From IMG/VR virus record IMGVR_UViG_3300021476_000006, positions 1 through 47,237 of that record: a DNA stretch of 47,237 nt; one strand, 5' to 3'. Below the pieces are notes generated by a model, which was given only the letters and a program-made list of their open reading frames with translations, did not search any database and was not told the origin of the DNA. This document shows, one piece after another, positions 16,521 through 25,185 of this stretch. Source of the DNA: a virus. Its lineage: Duplodnaviria > Caudoviricetes. Position 1 is the stretch's first letter, and every line of letters starts with the position of its first letter. The translations under genes were made by a program, and so were the position numbers.

Positions 16521-18657
16521 TTCGACCCTACAACTAAATCTCTTGACTCAGTGGTATCCGGCACAGAATGATTTCCTCGAATGTGAGGCTCCATACAAAT
16601 CATTCTGCGCGGGTATAGGTTGCCTAGACGGATCTACTTTGATCTCTGGCGTCCCCGTTGCCGAACTATCGGACCCGATAGTAGTCCGCACTCTTTCAGG
16701 AGATTCTCTATCCTCACCAAGCTACCGTAAGGGTAAGTCTGACTTGTTTCGAGTGAGGACCCAATCAGGTCGTACCGTAGTGGTAACTGCTGCCCACCGT
16801 TTCTTAACGCCAGCCGGATGGCTTCCTTTGAGCCGGCTAGCTGTCGGCTCTTTAATAGCTGCTGATGGTAGCGAAGATGGGCAGAAGGATTTGGAAAGGT
16901 CCATAGATTCGCCGGGTCATTATTCGTTTCATTTTCATCCATGTGATGTACTACCATCGCCTTTGGAAGTACATGTTGCAAACATAGAACAGCAATACGC
17001 CGGGCCAGCTTGCAATAGCTGCGGTCCAATACATTATGACCTCCCTTCCATTGACTATTCTTCTCACCGCGCGCTCTGCTTTCGTAAAAAGAGCGACAGG
17101 GAATTCCCATTCTATCCAAGCGAATGCGAATTACCTCTGAATAAACCCCGAAATATTTCCCCAAATCTATGGTTGACTCACCAGCAAGATATCTCTCTTT
17201 TATACCCGGAAGATGTAATTTGCGAGGACTATTACAGCCTTTACCGATGTAAATGCCATAAGTTCGTAGAATTTTGGAAATCGTCGTTTGGTGGGCACCA
17301 AGAATCCCCGCAATTTTGTGTTGATTGTGCATCTTGTGCCATAAGTTTACGACTTCTTGATAGTTATACTTCTTGGTTTTCATACCCTTATGCTAACGAT
17401 TTATGGGATGAAATACAAGATATTCAGTGGAATAAGCGAGGAGAATTCTATGACCTACATGTACCAGGATCTAACCATTATTCTGCTAATGGATTATGGC
17501 ACCACAATAGTGGCAAGACTGTGTGTGGGGCTGTGGATCTACTGAGAAGAGCTGAGCCGGATCGAAAGTATTTGGTTATCGCTCCAACGTATCCGTTGGT
17601 TTTGGACGTTGCGCTGGACGTTTTCGTAGCCGAAGCCAAACGAATGGGAATGGTGAAAGAGTCCAACATCAGACGATCAGCCCCTCCTAGCTTAGTCCTA
17701 AACAACGGCGCGCGCGTGCTCTTTCGCTCTGCAACGGAGCCTGATAGGTTGAGAGGTTTGACGTTATCCGGAATATGGATGGACGAAGCCAGTTTGATGA
17801 AAGAGGAGGTCTACGATATCTGCCTGGGTCGTCTCCGGGAAAAAAGGGGTAGAGGATGGCTAACGGCTACGTTCACTCCCAAAGGTACTAGTCACTGGAC
17901 CTACAAGGTATTCGCGGCGCCCTCGGTTGACAGGAGTACACACCAGATATTTCGTGGCCGTACGAAGGACAACCCTTTTGTATCAGAGGCACGGTATAAA
18001 GACTTGGTGGCTAAGTATACTACTCTTCAGGCTGAGCAAGAGCTGGAAGGGCAGTTCCTGGACACGTTTGGCGGGCTATTCAGACGAGCCTGGTTTGAGA
18101 TAGTAGACTATCCAGTAGGTACTCCTCAGAAGTTTGTGCGGGCGTGGGATTTCTCTGCAACGCCGGACACACCAGAGAAAGCAGAGAGAAAGAAAGACGA
18201 TCCAGATTACACTGTAGGTACGCTTATTGCGAGGTCAGATATCGGGGTATACTATATTCTGAGCGTGGTTCGTGGTAGGTGGAGTCCTAGTGAAGTGGAG
18301 AAGATTGTCAAGCAGACAGCACAAACTGATGCGACTATTACCGGGAATACTACGGATATTTGGGTAGAACAGGAGCCAGGTTCGGCTGGGGTCTACGTGG
18401 TTGAACACATAATGAGAAATGTGCTGAAGGGATACAGATATCACTCAGAGCGCCCGACCGGACCTAAATCATTTCGGGCTCATCCACTCGCGGCGGCTGC
18501 GGAACAAGGTAAGGTGAAGCTGTTGCATGGAGATTGGAATGCAGCTTTCCTTGATGAACTGGCTGAGTTCCCAATGGGTAGTCATGATGACATTGTGGAT
18601 TCGGCGTCGATGGCATTTTCCAAGGTGGAGATTAAACAGGAGTTTTGGTTTCGTTGA
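16507..18657 (+). CDS. terL: terminase large subunit with intein (about 420 aa after splicing)
   Basis: Walker A AGIG|SGKT interrupted by the intein, IAPTY, LRG, WMDEA Walker B, TPKG, RAWD nuclease motif, HDDIVDS. Confidence 0.95.
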   Translation: MKRSSSTLQLNLLTQWYPAQNDFLECEAPYKSFCAGIGCLDGSTLISGVPVAELSDPIVVRTLSGDSLSSPSYRKGKSDLFRVRTQSGRTVVVTAAHRFLTPAGWLPLSRLAVGSLIAADGSEDGQKDLERSIDSPGHYSFHFHPCDVLPSPLEVHVANIEQQYAGPACNSCGPIHYDLPSIDYSSHRALCFRKKSDREFPFYPSECELPLNKPRNISPNLWLTHQQDISLLYPEDVICEDYYSLYRCKCHKFVEFWKSSFGGHQESPQFCVDCASCAISLRLLDSYTSWFSYPYANDLWDEIQDIQWNKRGEFYDLHVPGSNHYSANGLWHHNSGKTVCGAVDLLRRAEPDRKYLVIAPTYPLVLDVALDVFVAEAKRMGMVKESNIRRSAPPSLVLNNGARVLFRSATEPDRLRGLTLSGIWMDEASLMKEEVYDICLGRLREKRGRGWLTATFTPKGTSHWTYKVFAAPSVDRSTHQIFRGRTKDNPFVSEARYKDLVAKYTTLQAEQELEGQFLDTFGGLFRRAWFEIVDYPVGTPQKFVRAWDFSATPDTPEKAERKKDDPDYTVGTLIARSDIGVYYILSVVRGRWSPSEVEKIVKQTAQTDATITGNTTDIWVEQEPGSAGVYVVEHIMRNVLKGYRYHSERPTGPKSFRAHPLAAAAEQGKVKLLHGDWNAAFLDELAEFPMGSHDDIVDSASMAFSKVEIKQEFWFR
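16634..17383 (-). CDS. HTH-HNH endonuclease encoded antisense inside the TerL intein
   Basis: Two HTH repeats, GEKNSQWKGG motif, HNH VVHHMDENETNNDPANLWTFPNPSAHLRYH; own promoter. Confidence 0.85.
   Translation of the reverse strand: MKTKKYNYQEVVNLWHKMHNQHKIAGILGAHQTTISKILRTYGIYIGKGCNSPRKLHLPGIKERYLAGESTIDLGKYFGVYSEVIRIRLDRMGIPCRSFYESRARGEKNSQWKGGHNVLDRSYCKLARRIAVLCLQHVLPKAMVVHHMDENETNNDPANLWTFPNPSAHLRYHQQLLKSRQLAGSKEAIRLALRNGGQQLPLRYDLIGSSLETSQTYPYGSLVRIENLLKECGLLSGPIVRQRGRQRSK
17390..17418 (-). promoter_or_regulatory. sigma70-like promoter for the antisense HNH (leaderless arrangement)
   Basis: TTGTAT (17418-17413), 17 nt, TAGCAT (17395-17390), 6 nt, then ATG (17383). Confidence 0.6.
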
Positions 18658-18666
18658 GGTGCACAA

Positions 18667-18855
18667 ATGACTGTGGCTGAACTGGTGGCTAAACTGCAAT
18701 CTATCCCAGAGCAGGACTTGCCAGTATGTTTGTCTGGGGATGATTGCCATTGTTATGAATTAACGGACGTAGTCAAAGTGGTGAAGGAGTATTGGCCTGA
18801 TGATACTATACATAAGAAAATACACGGACCTTTCGTTTGTTTGGGTGATTTATGA
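18667..18855 (+). CDS. hypothetical protein
   Basis: GAGGTG SD; MTVAELVAKLQSIP.QDLPV start common in small phage proteins. Confidence 0.6.
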   Translation: MTVAELVAKLQSIPEQDLPVCLSGDDCHCYELTDVVKVVKEYWPDDTIHKKIHGPFVCLGDL

Positions 18856-19088
18856 GCTGGCCGAAGGCATACCAAAGAGTTGTCGAGAATTGCTCACCCG
18901 TAGTAACTAACTCAGACTCCCAGTCCGGGCTAGAAGAAATTGATGCAACTCCAAATGCACAAACGATTATTGCAGATTGGATGAGGAGGAAAATTCTAGG
19001 CACTACTAAAAGGTTGACGGAAAATAGTAGTGGTGTTAAAAGAGAGTGGGTGGGTGGAATGGGGTGGGTTTACACTGTGGACGGGTGA
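18852..19088 (+). CDS. hypothetical protein
   Basis: ATGA overlap. Confidence 0.45.
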   Translation: MSWPKAYQRVVENCSPVVTNSDSQSGLEEIDATPNAQTIIADWMRRKILGTTKRLTENSSGVKREWVGGMGWVYTVDG

Positions 19089-19090
19089 AG

Positions 19091-19303
19091 ATGGTTACTC
19101 ACCAAGTACAATCTCGAATTGCGTTTATTCAAGACTATACACCGGGGGATCAGTACCGTAGAAATGTCTATGAGCCTATACAATACTACAGCCCTGGACC
19201 GTGGATATGTATGATTGTGGAAGGAAGATGGTACGCCGCGAACCTGTATAAGCATAAAGCCGGTTGGTGCTTCTACGCTAAAACTCCAATGGAGTTGATA
19301 TGA
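19091..19303 (+). CDS. hypothetical protein
   Basis: Tightly packed ORF. Confidence 0.45.
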   Translation: MVTHQVQSRIAFIQDYTPGDQYRRNVYEPIQYYSPGPWICMIVEGRWYAANLYKHKAGWCFYAKTPMELI

Positions 19304-19304
19304 A

Positions 19305-19748
19305 ATGGATGCTAGCACAATTGCACTCACTCTACTGCTCTTCGTTGGCGCTGAGTACGTTACTCCAGAGGAATTGGACTATCTATACTATCCGTATTGT
19401 GAAGAGTATCGGGAACTGAACTTGACGGAGAGAGTTGAGTTGCTAGAGGGTGCTCCATTAACTCTGGAAGCCGACCGATTCCATGACGTTAGACCGTTGC
19501 TGAAGTACTACAACGATATGCTGTGGAAAGTACGTGCTGGAGCTAAGGAACGACTGTATAAAGCAAATGATTACTCGCACATAGCCCGGCAGTTGGAGCC
19601 GGCTGTGAACATACTCTCTCTGTTGGAAATCGCACAAGATCTTTACCAGCCTATCACTGAGCGCCGCTTGAGCCTTAAAGCAGTTCGGAATATGCTCAAT
19701 CCAGCTGATTGGAAAAGTGGGATACCTATCCATAGTAGGAGCAACTGA
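19305..19748 (+). CDS. hypothetical protein with N-terminal hydrophobic segment
   Basis: GGAG SD; signal-like start. Confidence 0.55.
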   Translation: MDASTIALTLLLFVGAEYVTPEELDYLYYPYCEEYRELNLTERVELLEGAPLTLEADRFHDVRPLLKYYNDMLWKVRAGAKERLYKANDYSHIARQLEPAVNILSLLEIAQDLYQPITERRLSLKAVRNMLNPADWKSGIPIHSRSN

Positions 19749-20272
19749 TGGACCCTCTAGTATGGGTTTTTATTGTAGTCCTCCTGCTTTATGTGATGGT
19801 GTGGAATGGTAACGATAACTACATGGATAGAACTAGGAGATGGTAACAGGATGGTGTGCCAGACGATGAAACTGTGAAACCCCAACCGGAGCACCCAGTA
19901 TGACTCTTTACCTTTATGTACCCAATGAAGGCGACGCATTCTACTCTCCCATTTTACTGCCAAACAAGGGCTTGGGTTGGTGTCGTGTGTTCTCTCTTTC
20001 AGAAGACTGTGTGGCTGAGCGCTGTAGAGACGATCAATGGTCTCCCTGCGGTTATTGTGTGGACAATGATAGTCTACGAAGTGTACTTAAGAGGATAGCA
20101 AAATGTTATACTTAATGCTGCTAATTGTTTTAGTCGCTTCCGTCGAAGCGATCCGAGTGAGCAGTGGTTTGTAACTAGGTTCGACCTGGTGATGGCTTCT
20201 GCCAGCGATCCGGGGATAATGGCCCGGCTGACTGTCCAGGCTGTAGCTCAAATCACAGAGCACTGGCGCTCC

Positions 20273-20342
20273 AGCCCCATAACTCAGAGGTAGAGATCGG
20301 CTTATATCTGATTAGTCGCTGGTTTGATCCCAGCCGGGGCTA
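20273..20342 (+). tRNA. degenerate tRNA-Ile, anticodon TAT
   Basis: Acceptor AGCCCC/GGGGCT, D-arm CTC-AGAGGTA-GAG, anticodon stem ATCGG/CTGAT with loop CTTATAT, T-arm GCTGG-TTTGATC-CCAGC. About 2 nt are missing after the D-arm and the T-loop is non-canonical. Confidence 0.55.
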
Positions 20343-20356
20343 AGGTATACAACGTC

Positions 20357-20385
20357 TTGCATGAAACTGATATTCTGGGTATCAT
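20357..20385 (+). promoter_or_regulatory. sigma70-like promoter
   Basis: TTGCAT, 17 nt, TATCAT upstream of the tRNA-like element and structural genes. Confidence 0.55.
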
Positions 20386-20477
20386 AGGGTAGTCCGCTGC
20401 GCTCTAGCTGGTGGGGCGATACTTAAGCCAGCAACCCCGCGCGAGTCCACCGGGGTATACCAAATAGTGGGCTTTAC

Positions 20478-20608
20478 GGTCAGGTGGTTGAAACAGGCAA
20501 ACACATGGGAAGTCTCATCCAGAGAGGGCAATCGAAGAGACACCGGAATCCACGAGCACCGGGATTCGGAAGAGTAAACCCCTGTGGGTTCGAATCCCAC
20601 CCTGACCA
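20478..20608 (+). ncRNA. 131-nt tRNA-like RNA with expanded central region
   Basis: Perfect acceptor GGTCAGG/CCTGACC-A, Leu/Ser-type D-arm, perfect T-arm GTGGG-TTCGAAT-CCCAC; no canonical anticodon arm. Confidence 0.65.
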
Positions 20609-20705
20609 TTTTTCTGGTAAACACGGGAAACAGCCGATAAGTCTGGAAGATCAAAGTTGGTAGGAAGAATACCACGGTAGCCAGGAGGTTCAGCAGGCAT
20701 CATCT

Positions 20706-20802
20706 AAGACTCCCTGGAGAACCTGGTTATTTGGCTCTAGGCTAGCGATATAGTTCGAGCTGGCCGGTACATAGATCCAAGCCAGGTTCTCCAGGGAGTC
20801 TT
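20706..20802. repeat. 21-bp perfect inverted repeat covering the SD of the next gene
   Basis: AAGACTCCCTGGAGAACCTGG (20706-20726) / CCAGGTTCTCCAGGGAGTCTT (20782-20802). Confidence 0.9.
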
Positions 20803-20805
20803 TCT

Positions 20806-23211
20806 ATGTCGTTGTCTGCTACGGTAGTATGGGAAGTACGTCCAAGTGGATCTGATACAAATGGTGGTGGATTCGATCCTGGTGTGTCAGCCCCCGGTAC
20901 AGACTTCTCAGTTCAAGACGCTGCTCAAATAGCTTTCACTGATCTGGTTATTGGTGCTACTAACACTCAGCTTACTTCTGCTAGTCATCCATTCGGCAGC
21001 ACTTCTCCAGGTAACTTTATAAATATTACAAGTGGTACAGGGTTTACTACAGGATGGTATGAGATCCTCAGCGTATCGGGAAGTACCGCCACGATGGACC
21101 GTGCTGTCGGGACAGCCAGCAGTACTGGTGGTGTAGGAAACCTAGGTGGAGGATTCGCGTCACCGGGGCAAGCTATGTCCCAGGCCGTGGCTAGCAACAT
21201 AGTGTACGTGAAGAATGTAGGTGCGACGATCTATACACTCAGCTCAACTGCAAACGTAGCAGGTGGGAGGATCACTATTTCGGTGGGAGGGTCTACTGCA
21301 AATGCCCCATTCCAGATGATAGGTTACTCGACTAACCGCACTTTGACGAACTCCGATTCTCCTCCTACGCTCAACGCTGGTGCTAGCATGAGTGGGGTTA
21401 CGGTACAAATGATATTCATAAACTCTCAATATGTGAGAGTAAGGAACTTCAAACTCCGAAACACGAATAGTCAGGCGGGCGGAAACCAGAGCACGATGCT
21501 GCATATGAATGGCACGGCCTATAACCTGGCCGAGTTGATAGACATTGACAATAACAACGTAAGCAATTGGTACGGTATCTACTGGGGAGGAAATGAGCTG
21601 CATTGCTACGATTGTGCAGTGCGCAACGTCAATGGGCACGCTGGTATAGATGGAGCTGGCGGCAGTACAGCATGTTCCGCTAAATACTGCTTTGTCTCGA
21701 ACTGTACAGGTGGTGGTTACAACCAACAAGGTCAGTTCTTCCGTTGCATATCCTACAGTTGTACAGGAACCGCCTCAGATGGATTTAATCCTGGCTCAGC
21801 TGCTGGAGTCAACTACATAGATTGTGTGGCGTACAACTCTGGACGTGACGGTTTTAAGCTCTATTACGATACGGAATGTGACAACTGCGTAGCATATGGA
21901 AGTGGTCAATCAGCGGCCGGATATGGTTTCAATGATATTAGTGCCGGTGCTGCTCCAATCTGTACGCTATACAATTGCGCCGGCGGAAACAATGTCAGCG
22001 GCAATGTAAATGGTGGAATACCTTCATGGGCACAGTTTAACTTTGTTGCACTCTCCGTCGATCCTTTCACGAGTGCTTCAACTGGAGATTTCAGTCTCAA
22101 CAGTACGGCGGGTGGTGGAGCTGCTTTGAAAGGCACTGGCTACCCATCTTCTATCTACACGACTAATACGATTAACTTCAGTATCAACATCGGGGTATGG
22201 CAGGGTGCTGTCCTCATCATAGCTTTCTTTCTAGCAGGATCTGCGAAAGCTCAAGAGTACATGATCCAAGCCCAGAACCAGCAGGGTTACGCGCTGAGCA
22301 CGTCAGCACTCCCCCCAGTGCCGATTGTCCAAACTCCATTGCCAGTCATAGCCCGACAGATTGAACCACCAATTATACCCCCTCTGGAAGGAAATAAGTT
22401 CGTAGGGCTGGTTGTTGTTCTAAGTCCAATGCATCCTTATTTCAACTGCGTAACTTCGGCTAGCCAGGTTGCTCCTCAGACGATTTATGATCCTGGCTAC
22501 ACTCGTTCTATAGTTGGTGTTGTACCTACGCCGTTTGTACCAGCACCACCGGCTGGCATACCACCTGAGCAGGATTTCCAGCAGATCACGCAGAGGTTTG
22601 TGGAGCAACCTCCCGATGCAGGATCAGCTTTCTGCTACTCGGCTCTGCCGCCAGTGGTGAATATCCAGCCGATCTTAGCTACAGTAGCCCAGCAAGAGAT
22701 CCCACCGTTCTTCAAGGAAGATGGGATGAGGGTATTTTTAAGTGCTAATACAGTCAATACAAATTTGTTATCAGCATTGCTCGCGTTGCTAAATAGCAAT
22801 AACTTCGTCTTTCTCCCCACTGACTTAGTATGCCCTATCGACCTATATGGGCAACTCATCCTGACAATGGCGATAGACAGCTCTGGGGGATGGTCATCCA
22901 TCAATTGGCAATGTTGTCTGCACCTGGAGCATTATGGTATTCTACCTAGAAACTTACAAGCGCTGCCTATTATTGGGACTGGTACATGGTCTACAGGAGT
23001 TGCCATAGTAACTCCACCCATGATCCAACAATCTACCATTATTGGACCACCACCAAACCCTTTACCAGTGTTTCCAGATATAGTTGAGGGAACTCCTAGC
23101 ACATTTACAGATTTAGGTACAACTGAAATACCATTAGACCCAATATCTGCGGACCAGATTTCCGATGACCCAGATGCCCCACCTACTACCCCTATTACAG
23201 GATCGTGGTAA
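20806..23211 (+). CDS. probable virion protein with pectin-lyase-like beta-helix and Pro-rich C-terminus
   Basis: G/S/T/N-rich, with repeated xxCxAYN/xDGF beta-helix rungs and GDFSL...GAALKG...IGVWQ end motif. Confidence 0.6.
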   Translation: MSLSATVVWEVRPSGSDTNGGGFDPGVSAPGTDFSVQDAAQIAFTDLVIGATNTQLTSASHPFGSTSPGNFINITSGTGFTTGWYEILSVSGSTATMDRAVGTASSTGGVGNLGGGFASPGQAMSQAVASNIVYVKNVGATIYTLSSTANVAGGRITISVGGSTANAPFQMIGYSTNRTLTNSDSPPTLNAGASMSGVTVQMIFINSQYVRVRNFKLRNTNSQAGGNQSTMLHMNGTAYNLAELIDIDNNNVSNWYGIYWGGNELHCYDCAVRNVNGHAGIDGAGGSTACSAKYCFVSNCTGGGYNQQGQFFRCISYSCTGTASDGFNPGSAAGVNYIDCVAYNSGRDGFKLYYDTECDNCVAYGSGQSAAGYGFNDISAGAAPICTLYNCAGGNNVSGNVNGGIPSWAQFNFVALSVDPFTSASTGDFSLNSTAGGGAALKGTGYPSSIYTTNTINFSINIGVWQGAVLIIAFFLAGSAKAQEYMIQAQNQQGYALSTSALPPVPIVQTPLPVIARQIEPPIIPPLEGNKFVGLVVVLSPMHPYFNCVTSASQVAPQTIYDPGYTRSIVGVVPTPFVPAPPAGIPPEQDFQQITQRFVEQPPDAGSAFCYSALPPVVNIQPILATVAQQEIPPFFKEDGMRVFLSANTVNTNLLSALLALLNSNNFVFLPTDLVCPIDLYGQLILTMAIDSSGGWSSINWQCCLHLEHYGILPRNLQALPIIGTGTWSTGVAIVTPPMIQQSTIIGPPPNPLPVFPDIVEGTPSTFTDLGTTEIPLDPISADQISDDPDAPPTTPITGSW

Positions 23212-25181
23212 AAATGTCTCTAGCTAATAATCAAGGCACTTTACCTGGTCTTGTATGTCCATTCGACGGTGTAAATCCTGTAACTCTCTATCCTTTGTAT
23301 GATCCTTCTGTAGGTCAATTCACTACATTAGGGTGGGAATGCACTGCATTTCCAAACGACCATAATGGCGCTATTATCCCGTTGCCAGCTAATGTCCCAA
23401 CCCCAAATATAAGTGGAATTAGCGGGCAGCCTATTTTTGCCCCTAACTCTACCATCCAAGTGCAGATGGATGATGTAGGGACCGTAGGTGTTATTTCCAG
23501 AATGGCCGCTGCCCCACCAGTACTACCGGTTACGGCACAGGTCAACGGAGTACCTACCGGATTGTTTCCTGTCAATACTCAATCATTGATAGATACTGGA
23601 GTTATCAAGAGTATAACTATTGGACAGAGTTATTACATAGACATGAACGGTGTATTGTATCTCAATGATACAATACAAAATGGTTTGTTCCGTGTGCCGG
23701 TCACTCAATTCGATACAGAAGGACTTGGATTCCAGGTTACAAATGGAACTGCGGTTATGGTCCCTCTAATACAACTATTTGGACAAGGACCAGGGCAAAT
23801 TGAATCTCCCGTACAAAGTCTAGTTAGAGTCGCGCCAGTAGACCAACCGGCAACTTTAGTGGAGCTTATAGTGGTGGTTAGTGTGGGGCTGGGAGTGCTC
23901 ACGTATAAGGCTGCTGACTTTGCTATTGAACAGATAGCTGAACAAGTAGAAGAAGCAGCGCAACGGCTCAAAGAGAAGCTAAAGAGACAACAGAAGCAAA
24001 AGCACATGAATGATGATATTGTGGTATTTGCTACTCCTCTAGCCCTTCCTGTCAACTCTAGTGAACAAGGTAAACCAACACCAATTCCACCTGATTTAGC
24101 TTCAATAGGTCTTCAATATGGGCATAATCCCAATTTCGGTACTAACTTGGCAGCTCAAGCTTTGGAGGCTGCGATTTTGACTCATCCCGCTGTGAGTCCG
24201 TTTACTGAGAGTATTCCTGGTGCTCCTGAATCAAGTGTCATACAGTTCAACTTATTGTCGTTAGCCGCGCTTACAGCGCCACATGCGAGAGGGTTTACGT
24301 GGAGAAAATTCAATAACACTCCGTGGTCTATCCCGGCTGACTATCTACCAAAACTTACTCCGGCAGTGCAAGCAGACCTTGTGGCGGGAAACCTTCAATA
24401 TTGGCCTTTGAATGTAATTATACCAGGCACGGTAGGGGGTGGGCGTCCCCCTATTTATCAAACGTCAGCGCTTTCTGGACCACAGAGGACTTTACAGATA
24501 GCACATGGTAGACTTGGATTTGGTATACCCCCTAAGCTTTCTAGAAATCCATCTATCCCTCCTACTCCTTATGGAGGATACCAGGTAGGGGTACAATACC
24601 TACCTTTTACGCTCACTGATCCTTCTCCAGGCAGAACCCACTGGATTCAGGTTGTGGGGTGTGATAATGGCCCATTCATTGCATTCATGTGTGTCCATGA
24701 AGGTGTCGCTTCCACAGATACAAAAGGTAATGTTCATGTCCCAGCCGAAATTATTGTCTTAGCGAGTAGTGGGTTGATGCCATTTAACTGGTACTGGATG
24801 CTAGACGTTACTGGAGATACAAACTCAGGGTTCTATGATATTGTCGGTGGGCGCGCCGGACCCGGGGTGTTTACAGATTTACCAGCAGTTTCTCTAAACG
24901 CAATTACAGATCCTTTCACTAACCAATCATTCCAGCCAGTGCCACCAGAAGGAGTTACAATAGGATTTGCCGTATGGCCTGCATGGTGGATAGACAGCAA
25001 CCGCAACATCATCCAGAGTCCATTGAATGGACCTGGACCAAACCAATCTCCTATTGCTATATCGTGTTCTGGGTTCTCCTATGAGTTCAGGGCTCAGCGC
25101 AGTCCTAAAGGAGAGTTGTTACTATCTACTGTCGCTTTTCCATTAATTGATATATGGACAGATTCATTTGGAGACTTCTAA
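23205..25181 (+). CDS. Pro-rich hypothetical protein, possibly structural
   Basis: 658-aa ORF coupled to the previous gene. Confidence 0.55.
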   Translation: MVKMSLANNQGTLPGLVCPFDGVNPVTLYPLYDPSVGQFTTLGWECTAFPNDHNGAIIPLPANVPTPNISGISGQPIFAPNSTIQVQMDDVGTVGVISRMAAAPPVLPVTAQVNGVPTGLFPVNTQSLIDTGVIKSITIGQSYYIDMNGVLYLNDTIQNGLFRVPVTQFDTEGLGFQVTNGTAVMVPLIQLFGQGPGQIESPVQSLVRVAPVDQPATLVELIVVVSVGLGVLTYKAADFAIEQIAEQVEEAAQRLKEKLKRQQKQKHMNDDIVVFATPLALPVNSSEQGKPTPIPPDLASIGLQYGHNPNFGTNLAAQALEAAILTHPAVSPFTESIPGAPESSVIQFNLLSLAALTAPHARGFTWRKFNNTPWSIPADYLPKLTPAVQADLVAGNLQYWPLNVIIPGTVGGGRPPIYQTSALSGPQRTLQIAHGRLGFGIPPKLSRNPSIPPTPYGGYQVGVQYLPFTLTDPSPGRTHWIQVVGCDNGPFIAFMCVHEGVASTDTKGNVHVPAEIIVLASSGLMPFNWYWMLDVTGDTNSGFYDIVGGRAGPGVFTDLPAVSLNAITDPFTNQSFQPVPPEGVTIGFAVWPAWWIDSNRNIIQSPLNGPGPNQSPIAISCSGFSYEFRAQRSPKGELLLSTVAFPLIDIWTDSFGDF

Positions 25182-25185
25182 AACC

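Larger units (their letters stand above)
16621..17508 (+). mobile_element. intein in the TerL Walker A motif (296 aa)
   Basis: Block A CLDGST, block B VTAAHRFLT, block F FYDLHV, block G ANGLWHHN followed by +1 Ser. Confidence 0.93.
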
